Below are positions 23,901 to 38,900 of a stretch of DNA of 64,000 nt, one piece after another. This DNA comes from Vicugna vicugna (Eukaryota). The position numbers and the translations under genes are program-made. Location of the stretch: NCBI GenBank assembly GCA_013265495.1, contig MU058054.1, positions 1 through 64,000 of the forward strand. The letters run 5' to 3'. The notes under the pieces are model-generated. The model saw only the letters and a program-made list of their open reading frames with translations, had not been told where the DNA came from and searched no databases. Positions within the stretch are counted from its first letter, which is position 1. Every line of letters starts with the position of its first letter.

Positions 23901-26900
23901 AAACAACAACAAAATCCCCCCAAAAAAACAGGTAAAAAATAAACCTTAACAACACATTTTTTGGAAACTTTTTCACTCAAAGTTTAACCATTTGGTATAT
24001 TAATTTCGTAGAAATGATTGAAATTGATCTCATTTTCTGGTTTAAAAATATTTCTAGTTTATTTTTATACGCATAACCAATTCAATTACTCAGGCTAAAG
24101 AGAATAGTTTTTAATTGGTGTATTCTTATAACATAGTCATTGTTGGCAAAATGGTTAAGTTGAATGTGTGAATAAATCATGGCCAGATTTTTATTTAGAA
24201 GTATACTATTTTAAAAAATGAAATTATAATAAATACCCTGATATAATAAATATGCCTTATTTGGAGATTTTACACTTTAAGTCTAAGAGACAGTTAGTAA
24301 CTACAAGCAATATTTAAATATAACTTATTAAGAGAAGAAAAATTTTATAGACATACGTTTGTTTAGATTTCAAATCCTAAGACTAAATAACAATGTCTTT
24401 TACTTTTCATAAACTGTAACCAAAAACGGGCATGTTTCAAAGTTAACAGAATTTCTCAAACAGTGGAAATACTTAATAAAAAAAAAAGGCACACCAAGCC
24501 TTCTGGAGAGCAAGTATTAGTTAACACTTACTGGACACAGAAGAGAAACCCTCAGGCTGGTTGTAGCTATTTCACTGTCTGGATCCGCGGTCAATTTCTC
24601 TTTAACTGACATTCATCGAAGAGAAAAACAAATAGAAGAAGTTTATTACAGATATATCACTGATGCAATATAAGAAAAAGAATGGGAAACTTAAAATGAG
24701 GAACTTTTAAAAAAAGGAACTCAAAAATAATCTGCTCAATTATTTTCCAATTAATTGAATTAAAAGATAAAAACAGTGATATGGTTTACAATCTCTGCCA
24801 TAAGCAAAGGAAGGAAAACAATTGTACATCTACAGACTGACTACATTTCCTCTAAGTTCCCTATTTTTCACCCACAAAATAAAAACTGCATTGCAGTAAC
24901 AGAAAAAATTTCTATGGCAGGTTGACGTATGCAAGTGATGGCAGACCCTTGTTCTTTTGTAACTCTAAGATACACGGTAAAGATTTTCTTTCTTTTAAAT
25001 ATGACTAATATTATTTTAAAAGGAACTAATAAAAAAGAACTATAAAACTAGTATGTTTAAGTTTTTTCAAAGCTCAGATAAACAAAACATTTATTGTTAA
25101 CACGTTAATTCTAATTTCAAACTATAAGAAGAAAAAAGTTCAACTGCCTTTTTGCCATATGATTATTTGAGTTTACATTTATTTATCCATAAACTAGTTA
25201 ATTATGCTACCTTGGGCAAGTTAAGCCTCTCTGAGTTCAATTTTACTTCCAGAAAAATAACAACCCACAAATAGGTAACCTCCAAGTCTTCTCAGTTCAA
25301 ATTTCTATGGTTCTTGAGAGAGGTAATTGGTACCTCTCTTAAGTACCTGGTAAATTGATAATTTTACCTTTAAAGCTATTCGATTACTCTCGGTCAGTCT
25401 AATGTAACAATGACCTTTATACTTCTCATCTGAAAGCCTGAGGTATCTGTTACGTCTGAAAACCCTGAAACTTTAATTAAACTTCAACATAGAAATGAGG
25501 TTGGAAATGCTTAAATACTTCAATAATTTCAGAAACTGTAAGGAGGCCCACATAGTTGTGCACATAGGCAATCACAGAATTCCAGAGCTGAGGCATAACT
25601 AAGTGTGACCAGATAGTTATAGACAGACAGATAGGAGAAAATGGGGAAGGGAAAAGTACTTGGCTAAGGAAGAATGATTTCAGAGTAGATGTTTGTTGCA
25701 CTAATAACCATTTATCAGAATTAAGAATCCTGCCTTTATTAAACATGATGATCAGACAGTCAGGATTTTTTTTTGAGATGGTCCAAATTTTAGATATTCT
25801 ATCCAGTTGTCTCCATAAATTAGTGGACCTCAACTAAGATGCACATCAGAACCACCACAGAGCTTTCTAATTTATAACTGCACACTGAATCAGAATGGAG
25901 AAGAGGGACACTAATGGGTAGTTTTTAAAAAGCCCTAGATGCGATTCTGACGACAGACTAAAAAGTCTATTTATTCATAGCCTAAAAACTCCAGAATTTT
26001 AAAGTCTACATAGAGGCTGTTTATCATATCTAAAAAGGCATACAGGGTTTTAGTTTGGAAAATACAGTTATCACATCACTTATGTTAATTAATACTGTAT
26101 GTAAATTATGAAAAGTATGCCTTTGCCATTATAGACACAATCTTAGTCACTCCTTTCTTATGAAGATACATATAACGAAGAGTATCTTTTTAAAGGTAAC
26201 AAATAATTGCCATACAAAACAAGCACGAAGGTATAATTCTAATGTGATTACTAACCATTCTGCATGTCTTCATCAACCACCCTTCTAACACCCACCATAC
26301 ACACAGCAATGGGAAAAGTAACTGACTCTAGGTTTTGTCTACTTAAACTTCCATTTAAATGAAGCAATTCCATAGATCATAATATGAGCTTCATGGAAAA
26401 CAAAGTTCAGTGTTAGTATTCTGAAAAGAAACTGAAACAGGAAAGGCAACCTGAGGTAGTGGTTCAGAATATAGGATCTAGAGCCTGTCTAGGTTAGAAT
26501 TCAGACTTAGTCACTTAACATTTCTGTGCCTCAGTTTCATCATCTTGTAAATGGGTACAATAAGTGAACCTCAAAATAGCATTGTTTTAAGGAGCAAATG
26601 AAGTTAATACAAATAAAATGCTTTAAAATAACCTAACATTATACTCAAAAACTGTTAGTTACTGTGACTTAAAATGTGACTTGTATGTTCACTTTCTTTC
26701 AGAGATGAAGTTTGTGAAATTATTTTAGAATCAGCTTGTCAATTTCTATTTAAAGAGCTTTGCCTTTTACCTTTGCCATCACAGACTCCATCTTAGGCAA
26801 TACTTTTAATACATCACGATCTTGATGGATTGAATTCAATCTATAGATCAATCACAATGAGTATTCTGATCCATTAACATGATATATCTCTCCATTATTC

Positions 26901-29900
26901 AGGGCTTATTTTAATTCCTCTCATCAATGTTTTATAGTTTTCAGCATACAAATCTTGCACATATTTTGTGTAATATAGCCGTTAAGTATTTCATGCTTTT
27001 GGATGTTATAGTAAATTCTTATTTTTTGAATTTCAATCTCCAATTGTTTACAGCTAGTAGAAATACAATTTTTACAAAGTGACCTTGTATTCTGCAACCT
27101 TGTTAAATTCACATATTAGCTCTAGTAGCTTTTTGGGGGGTTTTCCTACACAGTGAGGTCATCTTCAAATAAAGACAATAATTATTTATTCATTTCTAAT
27201 GCATATGCTTCTTTTTTTTCTCTTGCATACTGTGCTGGCCAGGACCTCAAGGGCAATGCTGAATAGAGGTATTAAGAGCAGATATTCTTGCCTTATTCCC
27301 GATCTTAGGGGTGAAGCATTTAAGTTTTTCACCATTAACTATGATATTAGCTAAAGGCTTTTTGTAAATACCCTTTACTACATTGAAGTAGTTCCCTTCT
27401 CTTTATTTTGCTGAGTTTTATCATGAATGGATATTGAATTTGACCAAATGCTTTTTTTGCGTCTATGGAGATGGTCTGATGATTTTTTCTTTTTTAGTTT
27501 GCTGACGTGAATTGTATTGATTGATATTTGAATGTTGTATCAACCTGATATTCCTGGAATAAACCTTAGTTGATCACTATGTATTATCTTTTTATATATT
27601 GTACTTAAAATTGTTTGACTTAGTCAAAACAATTCTGAAGAAGAAAAAGTTGGAGAACTACTTAATTTCAAGAATTACTATCAAGTTTTAGTAATTAAGA
27701 CTGTTATTTGCATAAGGATAGATAAATAGGTCAATGGAAAATAATGGGGACCAGAAATAAATTCATATATCTGTGGTCAATTGGTTTTTGACACAGGTTC
27801 TAACATAATTGAATGGAGGAAAAATTAGTATTTTTGACAAACATTATGGAACAACTTGGTATCTATGGGGGGGGGTTGGGTGGGGAGAAGGTGGACATCT
27901 AACCTTACCTTGAGTCATATAAAAAATTAAATTGTAGGCCTAAATTGAACAGCTAAAAAAATAAAACTTCTAAAAGAAAAACAGAAGAAAACTATTTGTG
28001 ACCTTGGGTTAGGCAAAGATTTCATGGCATACAAAAAGCACAGACTATAAAAGAAATGGGGGAAAGATGTGAATAGACATTTCATCAAAGAAGCCGTAAG
28101 GATGGCAGGAAGCACAGGAAAAGATGCTTAACACCATCAGTCATTAGAAAAACACCAACTAAAACCACAACTACATGTCACTACACAGTGACCAGAAGAG
28201 CTAAAATCACAGCAGTCTGATAATACCAAGCACTAGTGAGGGTGGGGACAACTCAAAACCTCATACGTTGTTGGTGGGAATACAAAATGGAATAGGCACT
28301 TAGTAAGAGACTGCTAGTCTGTTTCCAAACATTTATCATGTAACCCAGCAATCCCAGTCCTAAATATTTACCCAAGAGAAATGAAAACGTATGTCCACAA
28401 AACTGCGGTATCTATATGCAAAACGCAAATGTGTCAGCAGCTTTACTCATGACAATGCAAAACTAGAAGCAATCTAAATGCCCATAAACTGATAAGTGGA
28501 TGAACAAATTACAGTACATATAAATGGAACACTACTCAGTAATGAAGATGATCCAACTACATGGATGCACCTAAAAGCAGTATGCTATGGGAGAGAAGCC
28601 GGGAACGAAAGGCTACCTGCTGCGGGATCGCAAGCGCCTGATGTTCTGGAAAAGGCAGAACTACAGAGACAGAAACCACACCAATGGTTACAGGAATGGG
28701 GGTAAGGGGACAAGCTGGACTAAAAGGGCCACAGGGGAACTTTCTGGAGTGAAGAATGTTATACATTTTAACTGCGGCATGTGGTTAATGACTGTATATG
28801 CCTGTCAAACTCACCAAACTGTACACTTAAAAAGGTGAATTTTTACTGCTTGTAAACTATACTTCAATAAACATAACCAAAATAAAGGAAGAAAGATAGA
28901 CAGGGGGTAGAAATCACTATGTTAAATTTCACAAGAAAGTATGGAGGAAAAACAAAGTAAGTAAAGTACTTATCCTTTGTGGGCAAGGGAGTGAAAAATA
29001 AAAACCAGAGTTAGTATTCACCCTGCTCCGTCAACCACCATGTGGTAAGTCTTCTCGTGTCACTGTGAGCTGCAGCGATTACAGTATTGCACTATATGAC
29101 CTTTAATAAAGTTAAAGTTAGTCACATTTAAAATTAATCTTTTTTAATCCCTACTGTCATGTGCTGTGAGAGGTAGCCACTAGTCCTAAGTGGCTATATT
29201 TAAATTTAATGAAATTTAAAATTCAGGTCCTCGTTTGCACTACCACATTTCAAATGCTCAATAGACACAGTTTGCTGGTGGCTACCACATGGGACAGTGC
29301 AGATACAGAACATTTCCATCATCACAGATTGTTCTATTAGACAGTGCCATTCTAGGTTTTTTAAAAAATAATTTCTATCTTAAAAAATTTTAAGGCTGGG
29401 AAATAACTGAATACATTAAATCCAATACTTCATTTTATAAGCAAGAAAACAGAGGCACAGAGATCCGATCTTTAACTCAAGATCTCTCTCTCTTTTTTTT
29501 TTTTTGCAAGGGGGAGGTAATTAGGTTTATTCATTTATTTTAGTTTTTTTTCAATGGAGGTACTGGGGATTGAACCCAGGACCTTGTGCACGCTCAGCAT
29601 GCGCTCTACCACTTGAGCTGTACCCTCTTCTCTCCAAGACCTCTTTTCATCAGTTTACTTAACAAAAGTCTGAGGATCTACTATGTGCCAGGCACTGTGC
29701 TAATAAGCACTAGGAATTCAAAGAAAGGTAAGATTAAATTCCTGCCCAAAGGAACTCAGTCTAGTAGAGAGCAGACACTTGGTGACATCATCTTGAATGT
29801 ACTCTGACAGAAACTAGCTGGAAGTCAACGCTGCTACTCTTGGGGGTTCTGGAGGTGCCTCCTGGAAAAAGTGAAACATGAAGGGTAACTAGAGTTAGAC

Positions 29901-32900
29901 AGAGAGGCACCAGAGAAGTTCTGAGGCACAGAGAACAATACTGGTTAATACTTGCAAAGCAGTGAGAAGAGGAAAAAAAACCTCATTATCTTTGGGATAT
30001 AAAGAATGAGAAGAAGAGTGAATGCAGATGACACAAGAAAGTACTAAGCAGGTGCTACATCATGGAAAGCTGTACACAGATGTCATGCTAACAAAGCTGG
30101 GGTTTTCACTCCATAGGTGTTAGGAAGCCATGGATTTGCAAAGGAACAGTAAGATCAGATCTGTATTAATCACTCAGACTGCTGCCAGAAGGGAGGTATG
30201 AAGAGGTGAGCCAAGAAAGGAGAGGAATGTATTATTTAAGAATAGGTTTTAAAAATAAAGGCAAGAAACGAGAGCTAAATGAGGGCAAAGACGGTAGGGA
30301 GAGAGAGAACTCTCAACAGATTTGAGAAATATTTCGAGTGTATGTCTGACAGAACTTGCTGAGTTCAGTTTTAACTACTTGAATTTGAAGAACCAGTGGC
30401 ACGTTTTGGTGAAGACAGCTATGTGTATCTACACGTGAAATTCAGGGGAAGGTCTGGGATGAAAATATGTATTTGAGAGTTGGTGCTAATTCTTTTCAAA
30501 AAAAATTTGAGTTGGTGCTAATTTAAACCACAAGAGTGAATGTGATTATCTCTAGAGAAAGGATGCAGAGAAGTGGACCAAAGATGAAAACCCAGGGAAA
30601 ACATTTAGGATGTTTCTCTTAAGAGAATTCACTGAAGGCAAGTGATTGAGAAGACACAGAGGAAGAGAATTTCAAGGAGAAAGTTTCTGGTATGAAACGC
30701 AGCAAAAATATTTAAGATGAAAGCTGAAAAGACAAAGTTTAAATCTGGCAGACTGTCACTTGTGACATAGGCAAGAGTAGTTTCAGTGGAATGATGGGAG
30801 TTAAAAGTTCAATGGGTTTCAGCGATGAGGTAGAAAGGGACGTGCAGACTGCTCTTTGAAGAAACCAGGATGAGGACAATAGGAGGAACACAGAGCTCTA
30901 TCTAGAGAGCAGGTTGTTTTTGTGTATTTTTTAAAGGATGAAAAAGGCTTGACAAGCAAGATCGACAGAAAGAGCCTGTAGAGTGGAAGGAACTGAAAAC
31001 AGTAACTGCGTCTGAGCATCTCTACCGGGATGCCTCACAGACCTCTCACATACTGAAAGGCCAAGAGCGCACTCTGATCTTGCAACGTAATCTTTACAGC
31101 ACTGCTCTCCACTTCGGCAAATGGCCCTGATAGGCAACCCAGTGCTTAAGCAAGAAGCCTAGAACTCCTCCTTCACTTCTTTTTCTTCACTCCCCACATG
31201 TAATCCATCACCACTTTCTCTCTTCAACAACTTCTCAAACCATCGACTTCGGCTTCCATCATCGTTACTGTTGCACGAGACATACTCATCTCGTATCTGT
31301 ACAGCAGGTTCCTAACTGGTCGCATTTTATCAGCCTAGCTCCCCTTCAATTCTGTCTTTTAAGTGATCTTTTTATTGCCCACATGTGATCATACCACTCT
31401 GTTTAAAAATCCTTTACAGGTTTTCTACCATCTGTCTTTATATGACCCATATGAACTCACCCCATGGCTCTCTCTCTCTCACCACTTTCCTCCTCTGTTC
31501 TCTCCACTCTAACTCCACTGGCCTTGTTTCTTGGCGTATCTCCTCCCATGTTGGGGCTTAACTCTGTCTCATCCTTATAGTCTTGTCTCAAACATCACAA
31601 CACCAGAGGACTATGTTCTCCTGATGTTACCTCCAGAGTTCCCTGTCTTTCTTCTTTAAGACACATGTCACAACCGTAATTCACTAATGACTTGTGCAAT
31701 CATTTAATTCTGTCTTTCCCACCAGACTACAACCTTCTGATGGATGCAGACACATTGTGTGTTTTGTTTCATGCTATATTCTCCTGTGCCTGGAACACAG
31801 TAGACTCTTAGTACAATCTTTTGAATGAGAAGAATAAATCAATGAAAGATTAACTTTGGCCAAAAAAGGGGACACCTCCTCCTGAGATTGAAGAGAGTAA
31901 GTAAGTACGTTGGGTACAAATGAAGGTTAAGTTGAAAACTGGTTATGGTGACATTAAGACTGAGGAAGAAATGGGCAGTTTAGAGAATTCACATCTTGTA
32001 GCCTCAATTGTCTTGTCCTGGCAGTGTGTTGAAAGAGAGGGGACACTGTTTGAGTAAAGTATGGCCAAGGTTTAAAGTGACTGCGGAAGGGAAGAGGGTA
32101 AGGAGGTAGGAACTTGACCAACAGTTAGTAAAGGACTGTTTTGTGATAGTTGTGAGAGGCCAACTCTGCACAAATATGGAAAAAACAATACAAAAATCTA
32201 CTAAATCAAATGAATCAGAGAATGAATTTCTCTGAGAAAAGTATAAATACTATCGACTTTCATATCAAGAACAGTGCCTGTTTTAGTTAATAAAATGCTG
32301 CCAGAAGAATCTATTGATAAGACTAAGAATGACTCACAATGAACAAATTTGTAGATGATTTGACTCTTTAAAAATATCTGAGGAACCCGCCAACATTTTC
32401 TTCTGTCAAGTTGTTTCACACCGTCTTTTAATTACAAAATTAATTTGTTGGGAAAGTTTTCTTTAGAGATAACATAAAGGCAGAAAATGTGTTCTTTAGT
32501 CAATGACAACAAATGTTTTACTGGTAGTAGGATCCAAACTGATGTTTTTGTCGGTACCCCAGGCCAGTAAGGAAGGTAAGGCATACAGTGCTGCAAACAT
32601 CCTCCCCAGTCTCCACTACTCTCCACCTCCAGCGCTGTATTAGAGATGAAATCAACAGCCTGCGAATGAAGCCGCTTCTGCTGCTTCACAGTGGCTAACA
32701 GCGGTTCCTTCCATAAAACAAAATACCTCTAGGCTCACCAGCCCACTGTCCCTCCAGATGGTGCTGCGGCTACCAGTGGGGAAGAGTTCATAGCTTGAGC
32801 CAAGACAGTGTGCCTCCTTCTTCTTCTGATGATGATGATGATGATTAAATATAACACGGTGCTTCCACTACCCCGGACCCCAAACCAGTGCTGCCATTCC

Positions 32901-35900
32901 AGTGATCCACTGTCAAGGAACGCCTACCCAGGCATTAGCCACCAGTGTGCCCCTCTTGACTCAGAATATTTGCATTTTTAAAAGGGTTCTTTTAATACAG
33001 AAACCCCTTCAATGAACTCTTGAGGGTATACTGATATTCAGAGGTAGTGGAATCTTCTACTTTGGCATAGAAGTAGTTTAGGAAAAAAAGATAAAAGCTA
33101 TGCCACAAAGGCAAGTGAGACAAAAGATGGCCTGAACTACTTTAGTTGCATGCTCCTGACTATAAACCTGATGGTGGGCTTCGTTAATCAATTCAAATCA
33201 AGAATCCTTCAAGGGTAGCTATCTAACCCCAGTCTGTAGAAGCTTTGTTCCCCAAGTGCCCAGCCCCATCCTCAAATCCATCCATGAACAATCTCTCTCT
33301 CACAAAGAAGAGAATAAAGGAAGAACTTAGTTTACTTCCTTAGAAAGGCTGCCAACCTCTGGCCTTAACCCTCAAACACTGGGATGAGAACACTCAACTT
33401 GCACCTTCCTCTACCTCAAATTCAACACAAGAAAATGAACCATCTAGTTATTCATACCTAAGAACCTAGACTTGGCAGGGGCATTAGAGTTCATGTGGTA
33501 TAAATCTCTTGTTACAGATGAGGAATATGAGAGTCTGAGGAGTAGAGTGACTTGTCCGAGGCCACATATTTAATTAAAAGCAGAACCTACTTGACTATTA
33601 TATCTACCACCCCGCTGACTCTGTTTGTACTTTGGTTTGCAAGGATGTTATCATCACATATCCTTGGACTTTTTTCCTGGATAATATAAAATAATTCTTG
33701 TGAGATATAGGCAAGACTTCCTTCCCATCTCCTAGAATTCCTGAACATTTATTTGTTTTATCAAGTTTTGGTAAAATATGCATCTGTATTCATGTACTGA
33801 TTTTACCAAGTTAATTTTAAGATCAGTCAAATATAAAATAGAGGTCATGACAAAAATATTAAAACTATTCTTAAGTCTTGATTTACTCTGGCTCACAAAA
33901 CACGGTCTTCAGTGTTTTAACCACTCTGACAAGCTCTAGTTAAAAACCAAACCCTGAAATTTCTTGAGTTGAGAAAATACTACTCTAACCTTTACAGAAA
34001 TAGTTCAACTGCATAAATAAAATAAGATTATCATACGTACTTAAAGCTCTAGAATGATCCGGATTCCTTATTCCCTTTGCTCGTAACCTCTGAAGCAGAA
34101 CTGTTGAGGACAACTGTTTTACAAGATATACTGCCATGGAATAGTTCTGGAAAAAAAAAAAAGATGTAGAAAACAAACAACATATGTAAGTAAATAGGTA
34201 CATCTATTTTAATCCCACAATGATAGGGAAAGAAAACGAACACCTGTTAAAACACCTACTGTGTGCCAAGCACTATCTTAGGTGTTTTCATGAACAGTGT
34301 TTCATTTAATCCTAACCTAAAAAGCTGCTGAGGTCATCCTACTTTTATGGATGAGGAAAGTGAACTGTAGAGAAGTAAAAGAACTTGCCCTAATTTCACA
34401 GCTTTTAAAGCCAGGTCTGCCATGCTTCTGTATTACCTGATTGCCTATGCTTGAAGCCAATCAATTTAAGTCACTTATATAAAAGAACATTGTTAAAACT
34501 AAACATAAACCAAGGCCAATAAGATGTCAAAGTCATCATATACTATATTTACAGGTATAATATGGTTTATTTATAGGTGATTGGTATATCTAAAATCGTA
34601 GCTATTTTAAAAATTACAAATTAGATTGGTATCCTAATTTATACCACTTAATCTCTCTCTATGCCTTTAACTAGTTCTTGGAAAGATCCTACTTGGCCCA
34701 TTATCACTACAAGAAGAGAGAATTTTAAAGATTTTCAAAGAGAAGCTGCTGGATTGGCAAATGAACAGATGAATATCCACTACCAGAAGAGGGACTACCC
34801 AGAGATGGCAGGAGGAGAAAGGGGACAAAGGAGATAGGTAAGCCAATGCAAAGGAAAGGCACATGACTGGACAAGAGGAAGGAAAGAGGGCTGAGGCGTA
34901 CGCAAGGTAGGAAAGGTGTCCGGATAAGAAGGCCCACTTCCCATGTGGTGTTAGAATCAAGAGGAAGACCAAGAGGATTTGGAAAGAAGCAAAAAGGAAG
35001 AATGATTACTGCCATCTTCTATTTATAGCTACAGTTTTCTAAGCGCGCTTACTGTATACTACCCACTTCATTTAAACCTCACAGAAGGCCTTTCAGAGAT
35101 AGGCAGGGTTAAGTATTTTTCTAAGTGAAGGGTTGATGAAATGGAGACACACAAAATTTTTTAAATTTAAATCTTAAAAAATATATGTAATCTGCTCATG
35201 ATCTTGCATCTGCTTGGTGACCAAGGTGGCACTAGAAACCAAGAAGAAAGAGTAGGGATGTCAAGACAATAGACTAATGGCCAAGGCCACAGTAGTGCTC
35301 TACAGTTCTTGATCTCATAGTTTGCCTTGATCCTCCTAACCTAGGCCAATTCCAACAAAATCCTACATTCCAACTTTCAGTTCATCTCACACCTTTGAAA
35401 ATGTATTCTCCTTCTTTGGCAAGAAGAGAACATATCCTACAATACCCTCTAGATGGTCAGATTTTCATTTAGAGTTCAGAAACCTACTTGTGTTCACATG
35501 TTACACATTTTCCAGGGGAAAAAAATGAGGCCTCAAAAAAGCTAATCTACCTTCATTAATAAATTGTGAAATATATAATTAATTAATTATAAAATATATA
35601 TTTTTATAATTGAGGAACAAGTAACCTTAAAACCTGCATAAATTTTAAAGCATACAACATACCAATTTAATATAAAACTTAAAAGCTTCTTTTAGGAAAA
35701 AATCTTTATTCACCTTTATTATTTATTTGATGAATGCTTCAAGTATGACAGAAACTGGAAAATGCTAATTAACACTCTGAAATTATGTACTGATAGCTTG
35801 AATCTTCAGAACTAGGAGTTACCCTAAGGCTTTATATAAATTTTTAAGGAGAGATCAAGTAGAAACCACAACTACAAGTTCAGTGAAAAGGTATGTTCAC

Positions 35901-38900
35901 TCTAGTTGAAACATGTAACCAGATTAAGGGGGTGGGGAAGAGAAACAGCAGTAGAAGAAAAAGCAAAAAGAAGCTCAGGTGTTAGTCAGTTGCACTTGTA
36001 CTGATAATATGGAATTAAATTTTATATCATATGAAAGAAATTCAGCAGCAACTCCCCCACCCCAAAACTTCACAGTGGTATAGGATCTCTTCTAGGGAGA
36101 TGATATCACATTATTTCTGCCAACCCTTCAAAGTACTACCTAACTCCAACAATTGAAAGTTATTACATTACACTGATGTTTTTGTCTAACGCTTTTTTGA
36201 AAGTCTTCAAAATTGTTTATCAAGATCATAGGACAGTTTCTTCATTATTAAGATATGATCTACTCATTAACAGCCCTTTACACCAGTGTCTAAATAACTT
36301 CCCTATAAACAATGATGGTTTAATAAGTGCTAAATGCAGTGATTTCCCTGAGATAGGATAAGAAGTTACAACACAGTTCACTTTTTTCCTTCAAGCACTG
36401 TACTAGCTCTTTTTCTTTGAAATATTACAGTTTTAAAAATTGAGCTATAGTTGACATATAACATTGTGTAAATTCAAGGTGTACAATGTGTTGATTTCAT
36501 AGTTATATATTGTAAGTTGGTTACCACCACTGCATTAGCTAACACTAGCTCTTCCATTTATTTCCTTTGAAGGCATAATGCTAACATTTTTCAGTGGCAA
36601 CTAATAATAGAAATTAATCCCCAAAATAGCAAGGGATTACACATACTGTTCAGAGTATCTTCACAAGTTGAATTAAAACCAGTGATCAAAAAAACAATCT
36701 AATAAGTTATCTTCTGGGCTTTAGAAAAGAGTAATTTTCTCTCTAACTTTTACTTCAAAAAGAAGGTCTCCAACTTGTAGATCAGGGTCTCAACAGGCAG
36801 ACCTTCAAATCATTGAAGATAATGTTTTCTTTCTGAGGTGTGGAAGGCTTCCCAGGGAAGAACAGCCCCCTCTCTCCTGTAGGACTATGTATCAGCAACC
36901 ACATCTCCTTCTTCTCCCAGTTTCAGACTTCTTTCATAGCTCACTATAAACACCCTGGTGTCTACACACTTCCTTGGCAGGTTATACTCTTCATACAGAC
37001 AAAAAAAAAACAACCCCAAAACATTTGCAACACCCTCTTTCAAAAAGGGGGACAAAAAGGGAGAACCACAAGGTACATTCAAAGAAAACATTTTCAAAGG
37101 ATTTTAAAAATTCAATAGTGGCATATTCATTAGGTAAAGGAAAAAAATATAACCATGATGTCAAAAAGGATTTTGTCCAAATTCAAAATCCATTTCTCTC
37201 AAAGATATCCAGTGAAAAAGACGCCATAGGAATACATTCTTGATGTAAGTAAGTTCTATCAAAAATTAACGGCCATTATAATACTTAACGTTATGGCACC
37301 AGCAGTATTCTCATTAACATAAGGAACAAGTCAAGTATGCCCACCAGCACTCGCATTATTTAACACTGTTCTGAAGGCTCTAGATAGCACAATAGGACAA
37401 GAATAAGAATTAGGATTATCATTATCTGTACGATACATGTATCAATGATACATCTCAAATTCAACACTGCCTATCTGGAAACACCAAGAAACCAACTAAA
37501 AAGCTATCGGAACCAACATAAATTTATGTGTGAAGTAAATATTCAACAATAACTCGCTTTTAAATAAACTAACAATAAATAATTTTTTAGAAAATATAAT
37601 AGAAATAATATCTATTTACAATAGCAGTAATAATAATATACAACTCAGGAGTCAATAAAAATATGGAAGACGTATATGGAGAGACCTATTAAATTACTGA
37701 GGAACATGAAAGAGGATTTGAACAAATGGAGAAACATACAGTTCCTGGAATAAGGACATTAAGTAATTAAATAAATTGAAATAAATAGTAAATTTAATTA
37801 ATTAATTTAAATAAACGAATCCTCCCTAAGTTAATATACACATTTAAAAGCAATCTCATTCACACTCTCAGAAAGATAATGCAGGGGAACCTGTCTTCCC
37901 TCCTGTAATTACTTTCCCAACACTTGCACTCTCCTCAAGGCCCCTATTTCTTTTCAAACTTTCAGCAGACTTACCCCACTTCCTATCTCCCAGACATAAA
38001 AGAAGTCATCAGATTAGCACTTACTCACCTCTCCAGCACCAATCACATGGACTCATCCAATCCTTTTATTCTTCTATTAAATAAGGTTGTCCCTCCTAGC
38101 TACAATGAGTTACTATGCAATTCACTATTATCTTCTCTTTCTCTCAAGATTTATTTATCTGCCATCATCCTTTAAACATGTTTAAGATTCTCATTAAAAC
38201 CAATAACTTATATCTCACATTTCCCTCCAGCTCACCCTTCTCTCTTTCCAAAGTCACACTTTTATACTTAACTCCAGCCTCACCTCCACCTGGTCACAAT
38301 CTGGCTTCTCCTCCCACCATTCACCAAAACAGCTCATGCTAAAGTCACCTTTATGCTTCTTATCCAAAAGGTATTTTTTTTAGACTTCAACATACCTGAC
38401 GTCTCAACGTCTGCTCAATGCTGCTTACGATCTGCTTCTTTCTTGGCACGTTTCCCTTGGCTTCTCATAGCCACTCTCCATTCTGCCCCACCTCTCTGGT
38501 CCTATTTCCCCATGTCCTCTGCAGGCTCACTCTCTTCTACCCAGCGTCAAATGTTACAGTTCCTCAAGAACACGTCTTCAACCCTTTCTTCTCCCTACTC
38601 GATAGTTTTCCCTTAAACAATGTCATCCTGCTTTTATGGCTCCAATAACCACCAATGTGCAGATGACTCACATTTTTTCCCTCTAGCCCAAACTTATCCT
38701 CTGAGCCTATCTGCCCCACTGCCTATTCGGAATGTCTCAAAGGCATCCCACACTTAAAAGCTCCAAAACTGAACTCATGATTGTCTCCCTGTAGTCCCAT
38801 ACTCCTTCCTTCAAAGCAAAACAAAACAAGACACACCTAAACTCTGTACTTTTTTAGTGTTTCCTCTATCAGTAATATTATCATTTACCTTGATACTCAA

